Assembly: GCA_965204735.1 (NCBI GenBank)
Contig: OZ242008.1
Location: 2,528,001-2,592,000 of the forward strand
Source: Longimicrobiales bacterium
Lineage (GTDB): Bacteria > Gemmatimonadota > Gemmatimonadetes > Longimicrobiales > Gaopeijiaceae
Length of the DNA: 64,000 nucleotides
Direction: 5' to 3'
A program made the position numbers and the translations under genes. Each line of letters starts with the position of its first letter. The stretch's first letter is position 1. The notes under the pieces are model-generated. The model was not told the DNA's origin. It did not search any database and saw only the letters and a list, made by a program, of their open reading frames with translations. Below are positions 47,779-57,039 of this stretch, one piece after another.

Positions 47779-47830
47779 TTCGGCGCGGTCGTGCGGTTCG
47801 ATGTCGGGGCCGCGAGGTTGAACTAGGTAG

Positions 47831-49668
47831 TGTCTGCCAGAAAATAGGGGTCTGGCGCGATCTGGCGAGTCGCCAGGCGCGCCGAGTGGCTGTGACGGGG
47901 CCTGGAAGGTGCTGGCGACCGGGTCCAGAAGAGGTTGCGTGGGCGTTTTGGAGGCGCTGCGCGAGCGATTTGGAGGCACGGATCCGCTTGATCCGGGCTG
48001 CTGGAGACTCGTGTCCGCATCCCTCCCGAGGAAGGGCGGTGGAGCCCGGTCGTCCGAGAATGCCGCGTCGTTACGCGGCCCGTCGTCGTCGCTTTCCGTT
48101 CTTGAGAGCGTTGCGCCTGATCTGGAGCGCGCGCCGCTCGCGGCGCTGGAGCAAGACGCCGAGCGTGTGCACGTTGGCGGCCACGATCGACAAGGCGACG
48201 CTCCGGGCGAAGCCCGCAGCGCCCCGGGTCCGAACCCGAGCGAGGCCGTGGTGCTGCAAGTGGTTGATCCCCGACTCGACGGACGGGTGGCGCCGCCGCG
48301 CGGCGACGAACGCGGGATCGAGTTCCCTGACCTTGGCCGCCTTGCCCAGCTTGCCCTTCTGCGGCAACACGTTGCCGTCGGGCAGCAGCGCGTCCAGGCG
48401 CGCCCGGTTGGCCGGGCTGTGGAAGCCCTTGTCGAAGCTGCACGCCCGCAAGTCCGGATACGTCGCCCGGACCGCCTCGATCAGCGGGACGGCCACATGC
48501 ACGTCCTCGCCTTCCCACAACACCGACCAGCCGAGCACGAACCGGTACTGGTCTTCGACGACGCACACCGGCACGCCCAACTCCACCGGGTTGCCCGCCT
48601 TCCCCTTCGACACCCAGCGCGTGTGCGGCTCGAACACCGAGAACACCTTCTCCGCGTGGGCGATCTTCTCGCCCTTCACCAACCGGCGCTCCACCTGGTC
48701 CACCTGCCGCAGCGCGTGGCCCAGCCAGTGCAGGATCGGCAGCATCTCGTCGCTCCCTGCGCCCGCCCGCTCCAGCCGGCGCACCGACTCGGCCGCCCGG
48801 TCGGCCAGCTTCCGGCAAAGCTCCACGTACTCCGCCACGGCGCCCGGCCACCGCTTGCGCTGCCGTGCCGTGCAGACCCGCCTGGCCAGCTGCTTCGCCT
48901 GTTGCGTCAGATGGGCGTGCTGACGCCAACCGCCGATGCCGCGACGCGCGCACGCCCGAGTCGCTTCGCGGACCATGCAGCGCACGGCGTCCATGAGCAG
49001 GCCCACGTCGGTGGGGTGTCGGACGTCGGTCTTCGCGACGAACGAGTCACACCGCCCGCGCAACGTTGCGCCAGACTTTTTTTTTACGACCCGGTGCCCC
49101 GTCTCCACCACCAGCCGGTTCACCTCCCGCAGCAGCTCCGGCGTCAGCAGACTCACGTTGTCCACCACCGTCTGGTACTGGTACTCGTGCACGTCGAAGT
49201 CGCCGTGGCCCAGCATCGCCCGCACCGTCCGATGCTGGTTCGCCAGCTCGTGCAGCCGGTCGAAGTCGCAGGCCAGACCCTGCTTCAGCACGCCCAGCAC
49301 GAGGATGCGCCACAGCTCCATCCCCGGACGGCCCAGCCGATGGTCCGACTCGGGACACACGCCGGCCTCCAGCAACGCCCACAGCTCCGGCCGCCGCTCC
49401 TCGTACAGCAGCTGCAGCCCCCTCAGCACCGCCGGGATGTCGTCGCGCGACTTGGGATCGAGATCGATCTCGCCGATCGGCACTTGGCCGAGACCGAACT
49501 GGCACTCCTGCACCTTCCGCATGGCAGCAACCCTCCGCGAAGATCCCGCCAAACAGGGCCTCGCAAGGCCCCCGAACCTCAAAAACTACTGCAACCGCCC
49601 AATCTTCGGTACCTTCACCCCCTCGAATCCCCTGTCAGTCCAACGAAAACCGACTTCTCTGGCAGACA
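47831..49668. mobile_element. Complete insertion sequence (ISNCY/IS5-like DDE)
   Basis: Inverted ends (TAG)TGTCTGCCAGAAAA / TTCTCTGGCAGACA(CTA); flanking direct repeat CTAGGTAG at 47823-47830 and 49669-49676; exact ends ambiguous by 1-2 bp. Confidence 0.9.
48071..49522 (-). CDS. DDE transposase, ISNCY/IS5-like
   Basis: RCDSFV, SVFEPHTRW..KGKA..PVELG, SFDKGFHS, RHPSVESGIN. Confidence 0.9.
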   Translation of the reverse strand: MRKVQECQFGLGQVPIGEIDLDPKSRDDIPAVLRGLQLLYEERRPELWALLEAGVCPESDHRLGRPGMELWRILVLGVLKQGLACDFDRLHELANQHRTVRAMLGHGDFDVHEYQYQTVVDNVSLLTPELLREVNRLVVETGHRVVKKKSGATLRGRCDSFVAKTDVRHPTDVGLLMDAVRCMVREATRACARRGIGGWRQHAHLTQQAKQLARRVCTARQRKRWPGAVAEYVELCRKLADRAAESVRRLERAGAGSDEMLPILHWLGHALRQVDQVERRLVKGEKIAHAEKVFSVFEPHTRWVSKGKAGNPVELGVPVCVVEDQYRFVLGWSVLWEGEDVHVAVPLIEAVRATYPDLRACSFDKGFHSPANRARLDALLPDGNVLPQKGKLGKAAKVRELDPAFVAARRRHPSVESGINHLQHHGLARVRTRGAAGFARSVALSIVAANVHTLGVLLQRRERRALQIRRNALKNGKRRRRAA

Positions 49669-49836
49669 CTAGGTAGGTAGCCCCGAGGTAGGGGCCACGA
49701 GGTGGACCCGGAACCGCGAAGTTGGCGCCCGGACCGCGAGGCACGGATAGTAGAAAACAGCGTCTCGACCGTTAAGCAGGACAAGGGCAGGAGGAGTCGG
49801 CCAGTCCAGAGGACGCAAACAGGACAGGAGGACAGA

Positions 49837-50062
49837 ATGATAAGGACCCTAGGCGTGGCAGGCCTCCTTCTGGCGACGGCCGCAACTTTTGGCGTCTAAT
49901 GCCGCGGAGGTGCAAGAGCTGTTGCGGGGTCACCCCGCACGAGTCTTCTTCAACCAGGAGCGCAGGTCGCTGCAGGTCGTGGGGTGCCGCGGGGAGACGA
50001 CCGCAAATGTCCCGCTCTCGACAGTGTTCGCCGCTAGCTTGGCGCAAGCCCAGGCCCAATGA
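49837..50062 (+). pseudogene. Frameshifted small secreted protein gene
   Basis: SD CAGGAGG, signal peptide, TAA at 49897-49899; the shifted frame continues to a TGA overlapping the next ATG. Confidence 0.55.
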
Positions 50063-51285
50063 CGCTGTGGCGGCCAGTGACGCCCTCGCGGCCTGACAGG
50101 CGGCTTGCGCTCCTGGCGACGCTGGCCGTCGGCCTGACGGCGTGCGACCGCGATCGCGACCGCGAAGCAGGCGCCGAGGCCGGCAGCTGGACGCTGCGGC
50201 TGGATCAAGTAGTGGGCAAGGTCGCCGGCGACGACGAGCACACCTTCGGTCGGATTGGTCTCTTTGCGGTAGCGCCGGACCACTCCGTCTTCGTGCTGGA
50301 CCTCCACGACGACGACAGCGGCGTCAAGAAGTACGGGCCGGACGGACAGTTCCAGGGCCGCTACGGAAGGCGTGGGGAGGGCCCCGGCGAGTACCAGCAC
50401 GTGCAGGCGGTCGCACCGCTGAGGGGCGGAGGCGTGGCGTTGCGAGGGGCCTGGAGCCGTCGGATCAGCGTCTTCGATTCGGCGGGACGGCTCGTGCGGG
50501 AGTGGACCGACGACCACGACGACCCCGGCGAGAGGCGGCCCCACGGCTACAGGCCCCTGCTCTCCCAGCTGTCCGACAGTACGTTCGCCTTGGGCGTGGC
50601 ACTGGCGGGACGTCCGGCAGTCGTTCGGGTCGATTCGGTTGGCGAGCCCCTCGACACGATGGTCGTCCCCCGGCGCCATCTCGTCGGTTGCGTCGGTACG
50701 ACGGTCGGCGACGGCGTGGCCCCGTACCCGCCCCGGCCAGTCTGGACCGTTCTGGCCGACGGCAAGGCGGCGGCGGGGTGCTCCAAGATCCCCATTGTGG
50801 AGGTCCTGAACGGAGAGCCGGGGGCCGTGTCGGCCACCCTGTCGCTCGACGGGCCGCCCGCCGAGTTCTCGGGGGGGCACCGCGACTACGAAGTCGCCCG
50901 CCTGAACTACCTTGCCCGCCTCGACCCCATCACCCGTCGCACGTGGAAGACATGGCACGGCCAAGGCTTCCCAGAGTACAAGCCCTTCTTCCGCCACCTC
51001 CTTCCCACTCCTGACGGAGGCCTATGGGTGTTTCGGTATGGGAAGTCGGTGCCGGCGCCGCTGGAGTCCGGCTTCGGCGACGAGGGCCGGGACGTGCCGC
51101 CGCCCTGGAGGGACGAAATCGTCCTGGACGTCTTCGACCCGGGTTTAGTCTACCGCGGAAGCGCCCAGATCTCATTCCCCTCGGAGCTGGTTCCTGCGCC
51201 CGTGGTCCGCGGCGACACGCTCTGGACCGTCTTCGAGACCGGCCTGGGCGTCGAGCGGATCGCGCGCTTGGTGCTGGAGAGGTAG
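50059..51285 (+). CDS. 6-bladed beta-propeller lipoprotein
   Basis: Lipobox LTAC; FQGRYGRRGEGPGEY; ISVFDSAGRLVR; DVFDPG..YRG; GVERIAR. Confidence 0.8.
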   Translation: MTLWRPVTPSRPDRRLALLATLAVGLTACDRDRDREAGAEAGSWTLRLDQVVGKVAGDDEHTFGRIGLFAVAPDHSVFVLDLHDDDSGVKKYGPDGQFQGRYGRRGEGPGEYQHVQAVAPLRGGGVALRGAWSRRISVFDSAGRLVREWTDDHDDPGERRPHGYRPLLSQLSDSTFALGVALAGRPAVVRVDSVGEPLDTMVVPRRHLVGCVGTTVGDGVAPYPPRPVWTVLADGKAAAGCSKIPIVEVLNGEPGAVSATLSLDGPPAEFSGGHRDYEVARLNYLARLDPITRRTWKTWHGQGFPEYKPFFRHLLPTPDGGLWVFRYGKSVPAPLESGFGDEGRDVPPPWRDEIVLDVFDPGLVYRGSAQISFPSELVPAPVVRGDTLWTVFETGLGVERIARLVLER

Positions 51286-51299
51286 CGAAGCACCCCGTC

Positions 51300-52601
51300 T
51301 CACTCCGTCCCGAACGGGCTCATCCCCAGCATCGTCAGAACGTCGCCGACGGTGTAGCACGATCCCGTGACCACGACGGTGCCTTCGACGGCGAGGGCAA
51401 CGGCTCGATCCAAGGCGGCGCCGATGGCGGGCTCGACCTCGATCGGCGTGTCGTCCCGCACTCGCTCCGCCGCGGCGTGGGGGTCCCAGATCCTTTCGGG
51501 CGGGGCCGACGCCGGGACGGTGAACACCACGTGGTCGGCCAAGTCGACCAGGGGCGGCAGCATTCGCGGCCAGTCCTTGTCTCCCAGGATGCCGGCCAGC
51601 GCCACGAGGGGCCGGGGCGGCGCCAGGCTGGCGAGAACGCGGGCCAGCGCGCCCACCCCCGCCTTGTTGTGGGCCACGTCGAAGACGAAGAGGCGGTCGT
51701 CGATCCGCTGGATCTGGCCGCGTCCCGGCCAGCTCACGGAGGCGACCCCCTCCTGCACTGCCGCCCGCGACGGCGGCCGGGAAAGCAGCTCCAGCGCGCC
51801 AACCGCCACCGCCGCGTTGACGGCTTGGTGAGCGCCCAGCAGAGGCGTCTCCAGCTCCAGCGCCCCCCAGCGCTCGGTCCGCACCGCGAAGCGCGTGCCG
51901 TCGGGTCCCAGCCGCAGCTCCGACACGTCCCGCCACGGGTCCACGCGGTGGAACGGAGCCCCGACCGCCGCAGCCCGGGCCTTCAGCACGGCGAGCGCCG
52001 CCGGACGCGCTTCCGCCGTCACGAAGGGAACGCCCGCCTTGGCGATCCCGGCCTTCTCTCCGGCGATCTCGGCCAGCGAGCGCCCCAGGTGTTCCTGGTG
52101 GTCGAGGGCCACGTTGGTCACCGCCGTCGCTTCGGGGACCACGACGTTGGTCGCGTCCAGCCGCCCCCCCAGCCCCACCTCGACGCACGCCACGTCCACC
52201 CCTTCCTCGGCGAAGAGCACGAAGGCCAGCAGCGTGGACGCCTCGAAGAAGGACATGCCCAGGCTCGTGGTCAGGGGGCGGAGCCGGTCGGCCGCCTCGA
52301 CCAGACGGGCCGATTCCAGGGGACGGCCGTCCACGATGACCCGCTCCCGGACCGAGCACAGGTGCGGCGAGGTGTAGAGGCCCGTCCTTCTGCCCGCGCA
52401 GTGGAGGACCGACGCCCACGTGGACGCCACCGACCCCTTCCCGTTGGTGCCCCCCACGTGGAGCGCCGAGTACCGCCGGTGGGGGTCCCCCAGCTTCGCC
52501 AGGGCCGTCTCCATCCGTTCCAGCCCCCAATCGACCTTCAGCTCCCGGCCGGGGAAGAGCTCTCCGGCAAGGGGGTCCGGCCCAGGCGCCCCCGCCTTCA
52601 G
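51300..52601 (-). CDS. folC: Folylpolyglutamate/dihydrofolate synthase
   Basis: HVGGTNGKGS, YTSPHL, EVGLGGRLDATN, WPGR, DVAHN; start uncertain. Confidence 0.92.
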   Translation of the reverse strand: MKAGAPGPDPLAGELFPGRELKVDWGLERMETALAKLGDPHRRYSALHVGGTNGKGSVASTWASVLHCAGRRTGLYTSPHLCSVRERVIVDGRPLESARLVEAADRLRPLTTSLGMSFFEASTLLAFVLFAEEGVDVACVEVGLGGRLDATNVVVPEATAVTNVALDHQEHLGRSLAEIAGEKAGIAKAGVPFVTAEARPAALAVLKARAAAVGAPFHRVDPWRDVSELRLGPDGTRFAVRTERWGALELETPLLGAHQAVNAAVAVGALELLSRPPSRAAVQEGVASVSWPGRGQIQRIDDRLFVFDVAHNKAGVGALARVLASLAPPRPLVALAGILGDKDWPRMLPPLVDLADHVVFTVPASAPPERIWDPHAAAERVRDDTPIEVEPAIGAALDRAVALAVEGTVVVTGSCYTVGDVLTMLGMSPFGTE

Positions 52602-53455
52602 CCCCGCTCCTCCCAGCCCGCGTGCATGTGCCGGAGCAGCGTCGCGACGGCGCCCTTCAGTTGGCGACGGTCCACCACCCGGTCCACCATGCCGTGCTCC
52701 TCCAGGAACTCGGCGCTCTGGAAGCCCTTGGGCAGCTCCTGCTTGATCGTCTCCTCGATGACCCTGGGACCGGCGAAGCCGATCAGCGCGCCGGGCTCGG
52801 CCAAGTTCGCGTCCCCCAGCATGGCGTAGGAAGCGGTCACGCCGCCGGTGGTCGGGTGCGTCAGCACGGAGACGTAGGGCAGCCGGCGCTCGTGAAGGCG
52901 CGCCAGCACCGCCGAGGTCTTGGCCATCTGCATGAGGGAAAAGATGCCTTCCATCATGCGGGCGCCTCCAGAAGCGCTCACGACCACCAGTCCGGTCCCG
53001 CCCTCCAGCGCGTCGCGCCCCGCGCGGGCGATCTTCTCGCCCACCACGGACCCCATGGAACCCCCGATGAAGGCGAAGTCCATGACGGCCAGCGCAAAGG
53101 GGATGCCGTCGATCCGCGCTCGGCCCGTCCACACCGCCTCGGTGCGGCCCGTCTTGTCCTTGGCCGCCGCCAAGCGCTCCGGATACGACTTCAGGTCGGC
53201 GAACTCCAAGGGGTCGGCGCTGGCCATCGAAGCGTCCGTCTCCTCGAAGGACCCGGGGTCGGCGAGGAGCTCCACGTAGCCGCTCGCCGCAAGGCGAAAG
53301 TGGGCGCCGCACTCGGGGCACACGTGGAGGTTGCGGACCAAGCGCTCCCGGTACAGGATCTCGCCGCACCCGTCGCACTTCTTGAAGACGTCCGCGGGAA
53401 GGTCCCGGCGCCCTTCGGACGTCAGGGGCTTCTTCTGGGTCTTGAACCAAGCCAA
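52598..53455 (-). CDS. accD: Acetyl-CoA carboxylase carboxyltransferase beta subunit
   Basis: KCDGC...CPEC zinc finger, GGSMGSVVGEK, SGGARM, GFAGPRVI. Confidence 0.96.
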   Translation of the reverse strand: MAWFKTQKKPLTSEGRRDLPADVFKKCDGCGEILYRERLVRNLHVCPECGAHFRLAASGYVELLADPGSFEETDASMASADPLEFADLKSYPERLAAAKDKTGRTEAVWTGRARIDGIPFALAVMDFAFIGGSMGSVVGEKIARAGRDALEGGTGLVVVSASGGARMMEGIFSLMQMAKTSAVLARLHERRLPYVSVLTHPTTGGVTASYAMLGDANLAEPGALIGFAGPRVIEETIKQELPKGFQSAEFLEEHGMVDRVVDRRQLKGAVATLLRHMHAGWEERG

Positions 53456-53486
53456 GCCGGCGCTCCGATTCCTTCGACGGGGTTCG

Positions 53487-54728
53487 TCACGGGTCTTCGT
53501 CGGCCAGCTTGGCCACGATCCCGCCGGCGAACCACGACATGACGAGGAACGACCCCCCGTAGCTGATGAACGGCAGGGGTATTCCGGTGACGGGCACGAG
53601 TCCGAGGGTCATGCCCACGTTGACGAAGACGTGGGTCAGCCACGCCCCGAACGTACCGAAGATGAACAGGCCGGCAAAGGGCGTCTTGGAGATCTCCGCC
53701 ATGCCGATCATGCGGAAGAAGAGCACTCCGAAGAGGAAGAGCAGCATTACCGTGCCCACGAAGCCGAACTCCTCGCCCACCACGCTGAAGACGAAGTCGG
53801 TGTGCTGCTCCGGCAGGAAGTTGAGCCGCTTCTGGGATCCGGCGGTGAAGCCCTTGCCGAAGAGCCCGCCGCTCCCCACGGCCACCTTGGACTGGACCAG
53901 CTGGTATCCGGCGCCTCGCGGGTCGAGGGCCGGGTCCAGGAAGACGAGAATGCGGTTGCGCTGGTAGTCGGCCAGGGACTTCCACAGGGGCAGGGCCGCC
54001 GCGCCCGCGGCCACGTTGGCCAGGATCACCGTCACCGACTCCACCAGGTAGAGGCGGTAGCGGTACAGGTAGAGGCCCGTGGCCACGGCCACGATGTACA
54101 CGGACCAGACGAGGAGGTCGAAGGAAAGGACGAGGGCGAGCCCCGGCGACGCCGCGAAGAGGAGCAGGGGCCACGACGTGCCGGCCCAGAAGAGAACGGC
54201 GAAGAAGATGCCGACGAAGGCGAGCGCCGTGCCCAAGTCCGGTTGCAGGACGACCAGTCCCAGGGGCAGCCCCACGAGCGTCGCCGGAACCAGGAGGTCC
54301 CGCAGGTATCGAGGAGGCTCCTCCCGGGCCGCCAGCAGCTTCGCCAAGGCAAGGACGGTGGCGATCTTGGCCGCCTCGGCGGGCTGGAACTGAAAGCCTC
54401 CGACAGCGATGAAGCTCTTGGTGCCCGCGGCCGTGCCGGAGCCTGTGCCAATGAAGAGGGTGACCGCCAGCACCGCCGTCGCGAGAACGTAGGCGGGCAT
54501 CGCCGCCCACTCGAACCACAGGATCGATATCCGCGAAGCCGCCATGAAGGCGACGATCGAGGCGCCGAGGATCACCGCTTGGCGGAGCCAGAGCCCGCTG
54601 GTCACGGGACTGGGAACGTCGAGCTGGCCCGCGGAGTAGATCATCGCCACGCCGACGATCGAGAGGATCAGCAGCGTCGCGGCGAAGGGCAGCTGCCGAC
54701 CCCACGGCGGCTGCCAGCGGCTCGTCAC
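53487..54728 (-). CDS. rodA: Rod shape-determining protein RodA (SEDS)
   Basis: QPAEAAK, QPDLGT, GYQLVQS..AVGSGG, PEQHTDF, GIPLPFISYGGS. Confidence 0.95.
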   Translation of the reverse strand: MTSRWQPPWGRQLPFAATLLILSIVGVAMIYSAGQLDVPSPVTSGLWLRQAVILGASIVAFMAASRISILWFEWAAMPAYVLATAVLAVTLFIGTGSGTAAGTKSFIAVGGFQFQPAEAAKIATVLALAKLLAAREEPPRYLRDLLVPATLVGLPLGLVVLQPDLGTALAFVGIFFAVLFWAGTSWPLLLFAASPGLALVLSFDLLVWSVYIVAVATGLYLYRYRLYLVESVTVILANVAAGAAALPLWKSLADYQRNRILVFLDPALDPRGAGYQLVQSKVAVGSGGLFGKGFTAGSQKRLNFLPEQHTDFVFSVVGEEFGFVGTVMLLFLFGVLFFRMIGMAEISKTPFAGLFIFGTFGAWLTHVFVNVGMTLGLVPVTGIPLPFISYGGSFLVMSWFAGGIVAKLADEDP

Positions 54729-56569
54729 GGACCCGGACGGGTGCGGGACCAAGCGACGCTCCGGCCGGCGCGGATGTGCTCCAGCCGGGTCTGGATCGTG
54801 TCCCGGGGGATCCCGTGCTTGCCCCGCAGGTAGAAGTCGGCCGTCTTGGCGGCCACCGGCGCGGCGACGCTCGAACCGCTGCCGCCGAACTCGACCAGGA
54901 CGACCACCACCACTTCGGGTTCGCCCTCCCAGGGTCCCGCGATCGCGGTGAACCACGCATGGTCCGGCTGGTCGGCGCCGCTCTGGGCCGTGCCGGTCTT
55001 GCCGATCAGGTCGAAGTGCTCCAGCGACGCCATGTGGGCCGTTCCGCCCGCCGCCGTCACGCGACGGAGTCCCTCCCTTAGCTCCTGCAGGCTTTCCGCC
55101 GATATCTCCAGCCGCCAGCCGTCGGGCGTCGCGGCCGACCTTCGGAGCGCCGGCGCCGGCGCCGAGCCGTCGCGGGCCACCGCCAGGAAGAACTGGGCCA
55201 TCTTCAGGGGCGTCTGGGAGTTGGGCCCCTGCCCCAAGGCCAAGTTGAGCACCTCGCCCTCGAATGGGGCGTACCCGAAGCGGTTCACCCAGTACTCCCT
55301 GCCGCCAGGGAAGATGCCGGCTTCCTCTTGCGGAAGATCGATGCCGCACCGGTCGCCGAAGCCCATTCGGTTGCCGCCTTCCAGCATGCGGCCGAGGCCG
55401 ATGCGCAGTCCCAGCTGGTAGAAGTACACGTTGCACGAGTGCTGAATCGCCCCGGCAAGGTCCAAGGCCCCGTGGCCCTCGGGCTTCCAGCACCGGTACG
55501 TGCGGCTGCCGTAGCGGAACCGGCCGCGGCATGGGACGGGCATCTGCTCCTTGGGGGACACGACGCCGGCTTCCAGAGCGATCGCCGCGCTGGCAAGCTT
55601 CCAGGTGGACCCGGGCGGATACCTTCCCATGACCGCCCGGTTCATGAGGGGGCTGGTCGGATCTCGGCTGAGCCGGTCCCACTCCGTCGGGTCCAGCACG
55701 CCGGCGAAGAGGTTGGGGTCGAACGCCGGCGCCGAGTAGAGCGCCAGCACGTCGCCCGTCTCGACCTCCAGGACCACCACCGCGCCGGCGTGTTCCTCCG
55801 GGAAGATGTGGTGGATCCACTCCATGAGGTCCAGGTCCAGAGCCAAGTCCAGGTCCGATCCGGCCTGCTCGGGCACGCCCGCCGCGCCCCCCCGGAACGA
55901 GCTGATCCGGCCCACCGCGTCGACCTCGACGTACCGCGTGCCGGCCTTTCCCTGCAGCTGCGCCTCGTACTCGGCTTCGATGCCGGCCTTTCCGACCACG
56001 GCGCCCGCTTCGAGTCGCTCGAACTCCGGCTGCTCCAGCTCTTCCTCGCTCACCTCTCCCACGTACCCGAGAACGTGAGCGCCCACCGAGCCGGCCGGAT
56101 AGCGCCGCTTCGGGCGCGACTCGATCAGCACTCCCGGAAACACCGATCTGCGCTCTTCGATCGCCGCCACGGCGTCGAAGGGGGCGTCCGGCGACACGAG
56201 GACTGACTGGTAGGGGTTTGCCCGGGCCACTCCCTCGATGTGGCGGAAGCGCTCGTCCTCCATCGGCAGCTGCTCCCGAAGCTTGACGAGGGTCGCCACC
56301 ACGGAGTCGGGCCGCGACGCCAGAATCGAGATCGAGTATCCCGGAGCGTTGTCGGCGAGGACCCGCCCGGCCCTGTCGCGGACGATGCCTCGGGGCGGAG
56401 GCACGGTGAGCGAGCGCAGCCGGTTGGACTCGGACTGAAGCAGCCACTCGGAGGAACCCAGGACTTGGCCGCGGAAGAGGGTCGCGGCCAGCATCCCGAG
56501 GAGGACGATCGCGGCCACCCGGGCCAACGTCGCCTGGGTCTTCTGCTCGAGGGGACGGTAGCCGCTCAC
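54725..56569 (-). CDS. mrdA: Penicillin-binding protein 2
   Basis: PPRGIVRDR, YPPGSTWK (SxxK), SCN, GKTGTAQ. Confidence 0.95.
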   Translation of the reverse strand: MSGYRPLEQKTQATLARVAAIVLLGMLAATLFRGQVLGSSEWLLQSESNRLRSLTVPPPRGIVRDRAGRVLADNAPGYSISILASRPDSVVATLVKLREQLPMEDERFRHIEGVARANPYQSVLVSPDAPFDAVAAIEERRSVFPGVLIESRPKRRYPAGSVGAHVLGYVGEVSEEELEQPEFERLEAGAVVGKAGIEAEYEAQLQGKAGTRYVEVDAVGRISSFRGGAAGVPEQAGSDLDLALDLDLMEWIHHIFPEEHAGAVVVLEVETGDVLALYSAPAFDPNLFAGVLDPTEWDRLSRDPTSPLMNRAVMGRYPPGSTWKLASAAIALEAGVVSPKEQMPVPCRGRFRYGSRTYRCWKPEGHGALDLAGAIQHSCNVYFYQLGLRIGLGRMLEGGNRMGFGDRCGIDLPQEEAGIFPGGREYWVNRFGYAPFEGEVLNLALGQGPNSQTPLKMAQFFLAVARDGSAPAPALRRSAATPDGWRLEISAESLQELREGLRRVTAAGGTAHMASLEHFDLIGKTGTAQSGADQPDHAWFTAIAGPWEGEPEVVVVVLVEFGGSGSSVAAPVAAKTADFYLRGKHGIPRDTIQTRLEHIRAGRSVAWSRTRPGP

Positions 56570-57039
56570 TGCTTGTTCCTGGAGTGCGCGGGGAAGCAGA
56601 GCAGGACGGCCACGCCCACCACGGCCGCGTACAGCGCCGCAACGAGCGAGTCCGGAAGAACGTGCCGCGCGAACTCCGGGCGGCCCGGGCCCGAGACCGA
56701 CCACGCAAGCACGTCCCGTCCCCACTTGCCCAAGAAGAAGTAGGTGGCCAGGAAGGGCAGCGATTCGCCGACGAAGTAGTCTCGAAAGCGGGCGCCGCCC
56801 GCTCCGGCCAGCGTCGTTGCCAGGGCGAAGGCGCCGAACGAGCTCATGGCGAGGGCGTCCTCCGTCAAGCCGACGGCAAACCCCGTCGCGGCCGCCGATC
56901 GCGTGTCCATGACACGACTCCCCACCAGAACCGCCACCATCGCCAAGTCCGGCGACCCGGCCCCGAAGCCCAGGCCGGCGCGGAGCAGCATGTGGATCGC
57001 GAAGAGGGCGAGCAGCAGCAGCGCCATCGGGGGCTTCAT
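56566..57039 (-). CDS. mreD: Rod shape-determining protein MreD
   Basis: Hydrophobic; PDL and GLTED motifs; lies between mreC and mrdA. Confidence 0.85.
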   Translation of the reverse strand: MKPPMALLLLALFAIHMLLRAGLGFGAGSPDLAMVAVLVGSRVMDTRSAAATGFAVGLTEDALAMSSFGAFALATTLAGAGGARFRDYFVGESLPFLATYFFLGKWGRDVLAWSVSGPGRPEFARHVLPDSLVAALYAAVVGVAVLLCFPAHSRNKQ

